DNA of 64,000 nucleotides from Basidiobolus meristosporus CBS 931.73 (GCA_002104905.1 MCFE01000346.1:1-64000), one strand, 5' to 3'. Shown: positions 10,601 through 22,621, counted from the first letter of the stretch. A program made the numbers and translations. Notes: generated from the letters alone by a model not told the origin.

Positions 10601-12194
10601 AGGTGGATGAAGTTATCAAGAAGATATTCCGGGATGAAGCCAGCAAACTTATAGTACAGGATGAAACACTCTACCAAATTGTTGATGGAAGCCCTATTGC
10701 ATATTGCCCTTATGTTGCTTGCCTGGATTTAATACATAAGCTACACCATGGATATGGGCATCTTGGAATTGAAGGAACCTACAGCCTTGTGAAAGCCAGA
10801 GCATGGTGGCCCAGAATGAAACATGACATTGAGAAGCTAGTGAAAACATGCCCAAATTGCCAAATCAACCAAGGCCAACCACAGAGAATTGCTGAACTCT
10901 TTCCCTTGGAGCCTGTAAGACTATTTGAAAGATGGGGAATTGACTTTATTGGATGACTGCCAACTACCAGGAAATGCAACTGTTGGATCCTTGCAGCAAT
11001 TGACCATGCCACTAAATGGCCAGTGGCTAAAGCTGTACCTATAGCCAGTGAGCAAGAAGTTACAAATTTCATCTACCATGAGATCTTTATGAAGTTTGGA
11101 TGCCCTGTAGAGATTCTATCCAATAGAGGTGCAAACTTTATGGCAAAGACATTGGAAGCTTATCTGGAAATGCAGCAGACCAAACACTTGAAAACCTTGG
11201 CATATCACCCCAGAACTAATGGAGTCACTGGACAGTTTAATGGATTATTTGGAAAAGTGCTGACCAAGTATGCATATGGAGTTGTCAGTAGATGGGATGA
11301 GTATATAGACCAAGCACTCTTTGCATGCAGAGTTGGAATATACAACATGACCCAACAATTGCCATTTTACTTAGTGTATGGATATAACCAAGGATTCCAG
11401 GAGATATCATACAACCAAAGCTTACAGACACCTTAGAAGATGAACTCAGTCAGCCAAGTAGACACCAGCAGCTGGAACAAGGACATCCAGAGGCACAGAC
11501 CAAAGTATCTCAAGGTGCAGAAAGTATGAAGCCGAGATTTGATAAGACTATAGCACCAGAAGCATTGACAGTTGGGAACTTTGTTTTGCTAAGAAACAAT
11601 ACTTGAAAGAAGTTTGAGCCACAATGGACAGGGCCATTCAAGATCATCAGAGAATGTCCATATGCAACTTACCAACTAGTGGACAAACAAGGCAAAATCT
11701 GAGAAGACTTAGTGCATAGAGACAGACTCAAGCTGGCAAGACTTGCTGATAATACTGAACCCTCAAGATATTGGTATTGCAAGAAAAGAGATTCAGGAGA
11801 ACCTTGTTAACTTCAGTAGGGGAGAATATTATGATCTGCTGCTTGAATGTTTAAGTTAGATCAGTTTTTAGTCAAATCACTTAGTTATTTGATGGCCTGT
11901 CAGTATATCAGTATTATCTATCAAATCAGTAGCATTAGTTAGCAGATGAATCAGCAGATTCTTATTAGACAGGAATAGATATATCAAGCAGGATCTTATA
12001 GGGTGATGATGATGCAATCAAGTGAGTCATGAGCCACAACCTGCATTGGGAAGTAAAATTAGTCAGTAATTGATCTGGCAAAATGTATATAAGGAGCTGC
12101 TGGAACCTCAATAAAGATCAGTTCATGTTTTAGTGAGTACAATACTATCTAAACTCCCTATTCCTCTACAACTCTTATACCAAGACTTATAACA
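7700..12194 (+). mobile_element. Ty3/gypsy LTR retrotransposon (gag-PR-RT-RNaseH-IN, PPT, 3' LTR); 5' LTR and PBS absent
   Basis: gag WLFQIEEAC, zinc knuckle (first Cys lost) GFSCHQQGHIAKYC, protease IIDSGA, RT YLDDILI, RNaseH, integrase HH-CC and WGIDFIG, GPF module, PPT AGTAGGGGAGAA at ~11815-11826; stops in gag and IN. Confidence 0.93.
11827..12194 (+). repeat. 3' LTR of the gypsy element (368 bp, TaTTAT...ATAACA)
   Basis: Starts right after the PPT; the homologous copy at 12543 starts with intact TGTTATG; ends ATAACA; internal TATATAA and AATAAA. Confidence 0.82.
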
Positions 12195-12289
12195 GAGCAT
12201 TGTTAGCAAGTTTTGCAAGCACAAATATAGCTTTATGAGCTGTATGCTTTTGGATGTTCCCTTGTCCTTCTACTAGTTAGGAAGTTGCA

Positions 12290-12694
12290 AATGAATATTC
12301 TTGGGGCAGTAGGCAATCTCCATTTCAAATTGCTAGATGTATTCCCTGCATCTTGTCATTCTTCTGGATAGTACCTTCTGAATAGGTACAAACTTGACTA
12401 GACATGATCAGGCCTGGCAGTGCACTTGACTGCTATGGTATAGCATCCTCATATCTTTTAGCAGCATATTATGGCCATCAAATAACTAATTGATTTGACT
12501 AAAAACTGATCTAACTTAAATGTTCAAGCAGCAGATCATAACATTCTCCCCTACTAAAGATATTCCCTTGTTTGTCCATTAGTGGTAAGTTGCATATGGA
12601 CAATCTTTGATGATCTTAAAAGATCCCGTCCATTGTTGCTCAAACTTCTTCCAAGTACTGTTACTCAGCAATACAAAGTTCCTAACTGTCAATG
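12290..12694 (-). mobile_element. Rearranged inverted fragments of the same gypsy family (RNaseH end, IN C-terminus, PPT, LTR start)
   Basis: 12474-12694 reverse complement matches ~11564-11720 plus ~11812-11898; 12290-12450 encodes KVLSRRMTRCREYI*QFEMEIAYCP (cf. KILSRRMTRWSKYNQQFDLGIVYCP). Confidence 0.75.
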
Positions 12695-13840
12695 ATCCTT
12701 AGTGTCTTCACAAATCCTAGCAGTTTTCTCTTAATCTGAGAGTACCTTTGTTCTCAAGGAGAGAAAAGGCAGCACTCATACCTGCAGGCATAGAGGTTGC
12801 CATCTTAGTCATCTTGGCCCAGTAGTGCTCCAGCTCCTATAGGGCTTGCATCAGCCATCAATATAGGTGAGCATTCAGTGTTCCAATAGTCAAAATGCTT
12901 AGAATTGGTGGGGATACTGGGGCCTCCTTTAGTAGTTGCATTGCATCTTCTTGTGCTTCTCCTGTCATGATCACATGACAACCATGAACACCCATGCCAA
13001 GTTTCAGCTTCCTAGCTCAATTTCTAAGAAATTCCTTCTGGAACCTTCTACCACCTTCCAGAAAGTTCCTGACCATTCCAAACCATTGTTACACAATGGA
13101 ACATTCCATGGAAGCTTTCCATTGTATTTTTCATAGTTCAGTACCATATATGGAAATACCAGGTCACATGACTTAGTCACATGATCAGGTGACCCAATCC
13201 ATTTCCCCATCCTGTCTCAGTGCCGTGTCATCTATGTCATTATCCCCAGCACCATTGCTGTGCCTCACCCCACAACCCCATTAGTATTAGCTAATATCTC
13301 TTGGCATCAGTATAGCCAAAAAGTATATATAGTCCTATCCCCCCTTAAGTATTCCTCAGTCTGATAAACACAGGTCTTGAATAAACAGCCTTGTCTTGAA
13401 TCCTGCCTTGCCTTGATGGTCCACACCTAAGTCCTTTCCTGCTGTGCCTAGCTTTTCCTCCTGCCTTGTGTCTATTCATAACATCTCCCTATATAAATGG
13501 GGCATTCTTTCTTTGTAGTTGACAAATTGGTTTTGCAGGTTCAGAAAGTCTTGGTATCCAGATCCTAAAGAGCCCAGAAGCTGCCACAAAGCCACAAGCT
13601 TGGGTTGGGTTTGTGGCAGCAGGCCAGTTACATATCTTTTGTGTCTTGTAATCTCAAGGTGAGTAACCATAAGTGTTGCATCTTTGTCTAGCAAAAGATA
13701 TCTCTGATACACCAATGCTGCTCTATTCACCACTGATGATGAGTCTTGTCTCTTCAATGGCTCCTAATATAGTATCATTGTCCAAGATGGGGCCATAGAC
13801 AAGCTTTCTGACTCCACGCATAACTTTGGTGGTGTCCCAG
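12695..13840 (-). mobile_element. RT-thumb/RNaseH relic of a second Ty3/gypsy family, split by a solo LTR
   Basis: KICNWPAATNPTQACGFVAASGLFRIWIPRLSEPAKPICQLQRKNAPFI*GEAQEDAMQLLKE continues across the LTR, then (after a frameshift) ADASPIGAGALLGQDD and YSQIKRKLLG. Confidence 0.8.
12963..13483 (+). mobile_element. Solo LTR (521 bp), TGTCATG...CATAACA, 5-bp TSD TCTCC
   Basis: TCTCC at 12958-12962 and 13484-13488; removing it rejoins the RT reading frame; TATATA ~13325 and AATAAA ~13380. Confidence 0.88.
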
Positions 13841-14909
13841 TGTGGTGGTGTATAGGTCCAAGGGAGAGATATGTCCAGCACTTCTCAAGTGCTTTGTGTG
13901 TGGGGTGCTCACTAGGTGCAATAACCTCTGGCAAAAGCTTGCTAGGAATACTTGGGTTCTGTCTCTAATCTAATGTGAAGGGGAATAAAACCACAAGCTT
14001 GTCAAGGGAAAACTATTGAGCTACAATCCCCATCTTAGTTGGAGTCTTAACAAAAGTATGTGCTGGGTTCAGCATCCTTTAAGATGACAATGTACTAAAG
14101 CTTCCAAAGTCAAAACAACTGTAAGGTCCACCAGCAGGAACTTGATAAGAATGCAGCTGTGGCAAATAATTGCAAAGACTGAAAAGTAACTTTGCCTGTT
14201 AAAGAGCAAACTTGGGAAAGAATCAAATAAAATAAAGGATACCTACTCTGACTATTCCTCACAAGTAGTGTCACCAAGGTCAGTTGGCTATCAGCATAGT
14301 TTCATGGGAGTGTCCTGTGGTCTGCAGTTGGAAGTTCAGGTAGCAGCAGGTAGCAGTGATCACACTAATCAACAAGTTGGTATACTGATAAGAGGGATGA
14401 TGATTTATTGTTGAGAGATTGCCACCCTTATATACTTTTCTCACAGGCTAAGTGATTACTAATCATGGTGTTCCAGAAGGTTCTGGAGCTCTATAGAAAT
14501 CTTAATCACATCAGAATGAGCTAAGAGTATACTAAGTAGGTGCTGGAAGGTTCTAAGAGGCACAGCACATCGAACTAATCAGGAATCAGTGCTCTGAAAC
14601 CTGAGTAACATAGGGATACCATATATGGTATAGATATGGTAGGGATGGAGACTCAGGTTGACCATGTGTCATGGGTACTGGCATGGGTACTTGCCCAATA
14701 TAGAAGCACTTACAGCTAGTAATCCTACATAAAGTGAGGGTTAACTTATGCAATAAGGTAAGCAGGTATGATAGTTAGCTGGCTTATGGGATAGTACTGA
14801 TCAAGTAAGACATATGGGATAACTAAAATAAGTGTAGTAGAGAAATAGGGAAGTAGAAAATATAGGAATGTGCCCATCTGTCAGTGGGTGTCACTGTGAC
14901 CCCATTACA
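13841..14909 (-). mobile_element. Solo LTR of the same family as 469-1538, inverted, with non-matching flanks
   Basis: Full-length inverted similarity to 469-1538; flanks in LTR orientation are CTGC and CTGG and belong to different elements. Confidence 0.88.
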
Positions 14910-16653
14910 GCAGACTCCTCTGGCTCTTGGTCAAGTAGGCCATTGAGAACTACTATGGAGCTGCAAGCTGACCATTATGCTCAGGCAGATATGAATGTAG
15001 CAATCTCAGTACCCTTAGTTGAAGACCAGCAACTGGCTGTCATAACATCACCACCACCCATATTAGCAAGTATGTTGTCAGCTCATACCAAAGCATTAAT
15101 GAAGCAATTAGGTGCAGTGGCTGATAGGTTAGATGTGATGGCCCAGAGAAATCAGTAAATAGTCCAGATACTGGATGAGCAGATAAAAGGTGTAGAGCAA
15201 TCAATATTCCAGATAGAGAAGGCAGTATCTTTGCTGCAAAGAAGGAACTCAAGTAGCTCAATGTCACAGCCAAGAATTGAGCCATTTCCCAATGTAACAG
15301 TAGAGGAACACTATAAAGTCTTTGAAGCACAACAACAGTGCCCAAAGATAAAGCCCACAGAAACATCTAGCACCGCATGGGAGGGAGACAATGTGGTGTT
15401 TACACCAAAGCCTAAAAATCAAAAGATATTGAAGATCCATGAAGCCATTGAGTGCAATAATGAAGAGTGGGCTAATACTCAAGAGGCCATCATAAGTCTA
15501 GCAGGCCATCACCTTGAGGCTGCCATACCATGGGACCATCAGGAACTCAAGGCCAAGCAGAATATGCTTGACTTGCTCCATGAGCATTATCCTGGATTCA
15601 AACAGGCAAACAGATTTTGGACCAGCATTGGTATGCTAAGAAAGTATCTTAAGAATAGCAGAAACCATCAAAGGCAGAAGAACAAGGGTGCCATGGCTGA
15701 TAACCTGCAGCTGCCTTAAGAGCGCATTACAAGCATGGCCAAAAGCTCCAAACAATCATCAAAGAGAAGTCAGGTAGCTGGAAGAGTGCCAATAAGGGAC
15801 AAGCAGCCTGACACACATGCACCAGCACAACATTTATCAAGGAAAAAGTGTAGTACCACTCAAGAAATACTCAGTCAAAGTAGCAGTGAAGGACCTGCCA
15901 GTGATAAAAACCAGCAGCTCTCTCAGGAGCCCACCACAACTACAGCTGAGAGCTTGAAACAAGCAGAAAAGAAACATCAGGTTGGCAGGAGAGTGCCAGC
16001 ATGGGACAAGCAGGCCAGAGCAAATGAGTTGGAGCAGAATTTATCAAGGAGAAAACATATTTCATTACAAGTAGCACTTAGACAAGATAGCGGTGAAAGA
16101 TCTGGGAGTGATAAAGGAAAAGGTAAAGGGAAAGTGTCTACCCAAGCCTCAGAGAGGGAAGCATGCAAAAAAACTGCAGTTTGTGCCAATTAATGCCGCA
16201 AGCCTGGAACAGTATGAATTCCATTATAGCCAAGACAAATTATCAACAAGAAAACAGCTGCTTTCACAAGAGTTGGAAATGCAGCCTGTTGAGTTACACT
16301 CCAGCAAGGTAGATGAGTTTGCAGTAAAAGGCAGTTTGTCTACCACAGCCTCCATGTTCTCCATTGCTCACAGAGTGGAGATCCCACCAACAGACAAGGC
16401 TACAATGTCAAGAACTCAAAAGACTATTACAATGCATTCAGTGGAATTTTGGAACATTAATAGGCAGAGCAAGTGATTGCAGCACTTCTTCAAGAGCAGT
16501 GCTCAAGAAAACGCACTTGAATACTGCAAGGATTTATTAAAAAGTCTGGCAGATGAGGTGCTAGACCTTGCAGTGCTGGCTGAAGACCAGGATGTGTGGG
16601 AACCAGTGAATGAACAGTGGCATAAAGCTGTAGAATTCCTACCAAAGTCATAG
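14910..16653 (+). pseudogene. Longest copy of unassigned TE-associated ORF B (coiled-coil N-terminal part, W..Q...P.F...W....LRKYLKNSR block, basic repeat region)
   Basis: Successive ORF-track pieces 14868, 15231, 15735 and 16093 joined by single stops or a frameshift; three copies in the window; no CpG. Confidence 0.6.
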
Positions 16654-17315
16654 AAACAGAGTGTTACAGCAGAAATACTTATTGAGTGGTGGACTTTAAT
16701 GGAGTTACTTGTTGAGTATGAGGTTGGGCTTAATGTTAGTGTAGGGTATAGGGGCTTGAATAGGCCAATACAACTGGCATTTGAGGTAAAACTGTTGTTT
16801 CAATGGAAATAAATCAATTTGTACACCTAAAAAGTAAGAAAAGGTTGAGTCAGGAAGTAAGGAGTGAGAAAAAGAGGAAATAGCCAATCAATGCACACAA
16901 ATGCAGGAGGTGATAGAGTGTCAGGGATCAGGAAGTGAGAAAGCTGGCAGAGTACCATGTGTGGAAATGGTGAATGAACAATGGCATAAAGCCATTGGGC
17001 TCCTGCCAAAGTCATGGAAACAGAGCATTACAGCAGAAATACTTATTGAGTGGTGAATTTTAATGGATTTACTTGTTGAGTGTGGGGTTGGGCTTAATGT
17101 TGGTGTAGGGTATAGGGAACTGTATAGATCAGTACAATTAGCAATTGAGGCACAACTGAAGTTTCAACAGAAATAAATGAATTTGTTTGCATGAAAAGTA
17201 AGAGAAACAGTTGAGTTAGGAAGTAAGGAGTGCAAAAAAGAGGCAATGGCCAATCAATGTACACAAGCATAGGAGGTGATCAAGTGTCTGGGATCAGAAA
17301 GTGAGCAAATTGGCA
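16592..17315 (+). repeat. Tandem duplication, two ~365-bp units
   Basis: ATGTGTGG..GTGAATGAACA.TGGCATAAAGC at 16592 and 16957; alignable throughout to CTGGCA/TTGGCA. Confidence 0.85.
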
Positions 17316-17510
17316 CGGAACTAATCAAAAGCCACTTATATATTGTTGTGATGAAAAATTTTGACTAAGTTTTTTGTGAAATCTGGGGTGCAACTACTTT
17401 TCAATGGTCTCTGTACAGTGTCCTGATGGGATTAGTACCTCTTAGTCACAGGACTTTAAATCTTTGACAGCCTTTTGATGGGATCATCACAATAATTTCT
17501 CATAGGGAAT

Positions 17511-19806
17511 GTGTGAGAACCTTGATATTACTTATATCAAAATTTAGTGATCATTGGTTTGCAATGACAATTCACATTGCAAATAAAATGCATTGTTTGG
17601 ATCATGACAAATGATAATAATTCAATGTGATTGCATCATCTTTTCCTAGGTTTTTTCTCACAGGGAATACTACTGTAGCATTTGGTAGTGACTCACTTTC
17701 CACACCTAAACTACTTCCTTGTTGACAATCATATTGGCTTTATGTGGACTATTAGTCAGTATTTTGCCTCCTGGTCAATGAGTGTAGTGCTGAAGCTTAG
17801 CCATGCTGAATTGCTCCTGATGATGTTATGGAACCATACCTGGAGTGCCATGTGCAGATGCATTCCTTTACTTGCCAAAGGCTTTTGTAGTGGAGGCACT
17901 TCCAGTGTGTCATTGTTAGTCAGTTCACCCAATGTAACTTGCTGATGGTCAGGTGTAAAAGCACATGCAGGCATAACTTGATGTGTAGGCATGGCCCTTG
18001 GCTGAGTTTGATGTGATGCAACTTGGACTGCTCTACTGGACTTGTGTCTAATTGAGCAGTTTGGCAAGTTCTAGTAGCTTTGCTCTGAACTGTGCACATT
18101 GACCCAAGGCATGTTGACCCAGTACATGGCACTCATTTGAAGGGTGTTGGCATAGATTGGACTGACATACACTGGTGTGTTGATGTTGCAAGGGATGGTA
18201 AGGAATTCAGCAAGGTATGCTGTTGCCACCTAGACAATGTTGCCTGCACTCTGAAATCTTCCTCTTGATGCTCACCTTCCAATTTCTCAAGGTATTCACT
18301 TACCCTCTGTATGAGACCTTGGAACTGTTGCCTTGATGAGTCCTGTCTATATTGCTCTTGGAAGCCACTTAGCTCTACTAATATATCAAGCAGTATTTTA
18401 ATCATTTGAGGCAGAAACTTGCTCAAAAACTCCTTGGTTCCCAAAGTTGAGGCACAAACAGACACTTGAGGTCTGTACTATGCAAATTGCATGTGAAATT
18501 GGTTGCATGCAGCTTCTTCATCAAATCCCCTCACTCTCAGCTGATTCTTGACTTCAACACTTGTCTTGTTGTATATCTTCTTACATACATCTGCTGGTGT
18601 CTTGATGTAAAACTCATGCCACAGCTTTCTGCTCAGATTCTTACATCTCTGTCAACTCTCTGAGGTATGCAGCTCTGCTAGATTAATGAGTAGTGCACAA
18701 AAATCTGTATGAAGACTCATCATCAACACTTGGGCCATACTAAAATCATTTGGCAAGAACTTAAATGGATCCAACATTGTCTTTTCTGGTCCTGACCACT
18801 CTGGTGAGCTGGGGGATGGGTATTGTCTGGATTGTACTCAAGATGAGTTGAGACTTGGTATAGGGACCATAATGATGGATTTTAATACTTATGTATTAGT
18901 ATATTGGCATCAACCTGGTCTTATATGAAGTATATATGAAAACTCATGTGATTGATGAATTATCTACATATTATGCATGATGCATCTTGGATTGAATTGA
19001 CATGTATTAGATCACATCAGTTGCAGATTTCCTATTTGACTATAGACTTGTCAGTAAATCATCAATAAAATCACCAAGTCATTGTTTACAGAGGATTCTT
19101 GCAAGATGATGATGGGATACATTGCAATTGATGGTTATTTAATCATAAAGCAGGAAAAATCAGATAAATTAAGCTGATTGTGCCAAATCAATTCAAATCA
19201 CATCTATACAATCACCTACCAATCTTAATATGGCCAACTTATCTGAATGGTCTTTTCTCAACAATCCCATCACTACCACTGGATTTCTATTTGACACATT
19301 AGAAGAGATATATACCAAGTACTGTGGACCATCAACCCCAATCTACTCAAGATGATCTCTTGTTGAGCTTCTCTGCTATTACAAGAACTATTGCCCTACA
19401 AGGTTTCATCCCACTGTCCATGGCAACAAAAGTCCCAGAAGCTTTCATTTGCAGCTGACAGTAATGGAGAACTACATTGCAGAGGGTGTGAATGACTTAG
19501 AACAAGCTTGGAATACTAGGTACAGAAGCTCCAATAGACTTCCACATCCCAGAGTGTTCAGCAACAGCTTCCATATCAGGAGTATTTTGGATACCTTGCC
19601 AGTCAGGATTAACAGACCTTCTAGAGGGCAGAGGCACTTTTATTCTGGCAAATACACAGCACACTGTATGAAGTTTCACGCACTGTCTGACATGGAGGGT
19701 AACATCATCCAGTACAGTGGGCCATCTGCTGGAAGTAGGCATGACAAAGCACTCTGGGTAGAGTCATCCAGAATTCAATAGAGGGGAGAAATATATGGTA
19801 GACTTA
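17511..19806 (+). mobile_element. PHIS-type DNA transposon copy 2 (ORF2 17756-18870 minus; transposase 19230-19806 plus), more decayed, MITE-free
   Basis: Collinear with 1933-4970; transposase broken by TGA and truncated near the (M)ADL motif. Confidence 0.85.
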
Positions 19807-20397
19807 GATGATTAATCAACCAACAGGGATTGCTGTAGATCCTGTTTGTGTACAAAGAAATCTCTATAAACTCAGCTGCTTAAACATTAATCTATGAGTC
19901 TCAATTGGGAGTAACTAGGAATATTTTCTTCAAGTAGTTGAGCCCAAGAGTATGATATTTCTGCAAGCTGCTTCAAATGACATTGCATTCTGAACAGATG
20001 CTCCCATTACTATAGAGACTTATTAAATATTTTGTGAACTTGTGTAAACAACTCCAAACCTTGTCCTGTATAAGGCCATTGAAAGCATAGTGCTAAATGA
20101 TGCAGGGTACACAATTATATACATGTGTTAGGGTTGGTTATATATGGCAAATAAGAATTAATTGTCAATGCTGTGGCACAGCAGGTAGGAGTGAGAAGTA
20201 CAGAGAAGCAGCACCTTCTCCAGTTATCTACACCTAAGATCCCATCTAGCCAACCTATGAAGCAATATATTATACCTCATGCCTAACTGATAGTATAGAG
20301 GATGAGGCAAATGCTTTGTTGCTAACCAGTTTTACATTAGTAGAAATCTCTAAATGAGATGGTATTTATTGATTGTTCAAATGCAGGAAGATCACGA

Positions 20398-22621
20398 TCA
20401 CTCATCAATCTCCAAGTCCAAAGCTTCGGGTGCAGAGTAATCGGCGTTATGAATTGGACGGATGATAGATTCGAAATAGGGGACGGGCTTTGAGGGATTA
20501 TTGGATTTTACAAGATTGAAGTACGCTTCATACACATTCCCATCGTACCTTCCTAGTGGAGAGTTGATAACAAAGTCGCTATAGTTAAAGGCATCCACCA
20601 ACGGAATCGCATCCTTGCGAATCACTGAACAGAGGTGGTTCACTTGCTCCCGGACGAGTCTCATCTGAGCTGCATCGAAATACTTCGAACCTAGGAATTC
20701 CCCAGCGTTCTCCTGGATGTTGTACAAACCGTAGAGCAAGCAAAGGTGATTTAGAATGGCACGAATGCTTCCTGGTGCTTCGCTAACGGCCTCGGTGAAT
20801 TTCTGGAAAATGTACCTGAAACTGTGCATCCTTGCCGCATGGAGACGCTCCACTGCACAGCTCTCTAGGGCTTCGTCTTTGGACGCACCGGCGGAGGTGG
20901 ACTTCTCAAAGATATCAGTGGCTGTCTTAACGGCGTTTCCAGCTACTACGCTCCATGCCTCAAGGATGGTCTCGAATTCGGCGATGCTGGCGGCATCACT
21001 GGCTGGACAGCGTGGCGTGTTGGATCTTTCCACACTCTTCAGATAGCTTACACCGGCAGGGATCGCTCCCCCGCTTTTAGCCTCCTGATAGTAGTTGATT
21101 AGTGAGCGGCCGGTTTGCAGCATCAGTATGGTGTTGTCCCCCTCCCAGGTGCACTGCACAGCAAAATCCTGATACAACGAGGCAAGACCGGTATACGCAG
21201 AATACCCGTGGCCACCACAGGATTGTCGACATTGCTCGATAGTGTTCAAGCAATTCCAGGTGCAGAATGCTTTAAGACCAGCAGCCGTGGAGTGCGTCTC
21301 CTTCAGCATGCTGATGATCGGAGTCATGTCATCGCCGGGACGTGCATTCTCCATTCGTTTCATCAGGTCCTGATAGAGCTTGGTCACCCTCATGCTGGTG
21401 AAGTTCGTCGCAAACGTTTGTGCGAGCAACGGCAGCAGGCGGTTTTGGTGGATGACATAATCCAAGACCTTCGTCTCAGGTTGGGTGGGATCTGCAGAGA
21501 ATTGCCGACGAACCGCAGCGTATCTCAAAGCGATGGTCAAAGCTTTCTTGGCAAAATTCGCACTGTCACGGATCATGGAAACCCTGCCACCAATGAGTGC
21601 ACCATAGGCGAGCTGCGCTAATGGCGGTTGGATGACTTCGCCTGTACGGGTCACCTGGGTGTATTTCATCAGCATATACTGACGAGGAATTCGAACGTTG
21701 GTAAATTGGATCCATCCGTTATCGATTCCATCCCGACCCATCTTCTTCCCAATATCTCCGATGTTAACCCCATGCAACAAATCGAACGTTTTGGGATCCC
21801 GAAGAGGCACAACAAAAACCTTCACGCCGTATCGCTTCCCCTTTACGACCATCTGAGCATATGCTGTGGTGTGGGTGGCTGTATGTGCCGCACCACCAAT
21901 CCACCACTTGGTTGCTGTAACGGTGGGTGTGTGAATGATAAACTCGTCCGTTGTCTCGTCGTAAGTGGCCGTGGTTTCCAGAGCCGCTACATTCGATCCA
22001 TGCCCCAGCTCTGTCATGCTAAAGCAACCGGTGACCCCATTCATTGCTCTGGCCCCTTTTCTGTTCCAGAACTCGAGCTGGGCCGGTGTGGCCTGGCCCA
22101 CCAGCGTACGATAAAACAGGTTTACATGCACATTGAGCCTAGTGTAAACCCCGGGGTCCACCAGGCCCACGAACACGTAACGTCTTTGAAACTGCTCGGG
22201 TGATTCGTTAGCTAGGTCGTAGAGCACGCTTTTGATCTTTCGCAGGGCTCTCTCTCGCACTTCGGGTAGAGTGAGATTGTGGTGATCATCCATTTTCCAT
22301 GCAGGGTCCCTTTCCAACTCGAACATGAACTGCTCGTTCATCTGGTACAATTTGTTAGTCTGGTCCTCGATTCCATCCTAGGAATATTGCTAATCACCTT
22401 GGTGAACTCCTCTCCTCCATCAACGAAATATGTCAGTTCTCTGATTGGGAAAGAAGGATTCTTTCGCTCGGCAGCAAGACTCTCTGTAGGCCTAGAAGCT
22501 GGATTAGGCTCAATTCGGCATAAATAGAAGATAGGTATTACCGTGGCTGCAAGTCGGAATTCTGTGCTGGCTGAAGGTGCGCTTTGATAGAAGTGATGCG
22601 ACTTTCTGTATTTGGTGGCAT
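20398..22621 (-). CDS. POX1: Peroxisomal acyl-CoA oxidase; exons 22621-22542, 22491-22398, 22341-20398
   Basis: GCFSMTELGHGSNV, KWWIGG, KMGRDGIDNGWI, CRQSCGGHGYS, CTWEGDN, SPLGRYDGNVY; two GT-AG introns (50 and 56 nt) keep the frame. Confidence 0.95.

Noticed and set aside
19807-20394. CpG-free segment between transposon copy 2 and POX1
   Set aside because: Probably another TE relic, but no motif, terminus or repeat partner was recognised
20756-22527. Long antisense ORFs over POX1 (also 29378-29971 and 30271-30567 over the GPI genes)
   Set aside because: Shadow frames caused by codon bias and low complexity of the real genes
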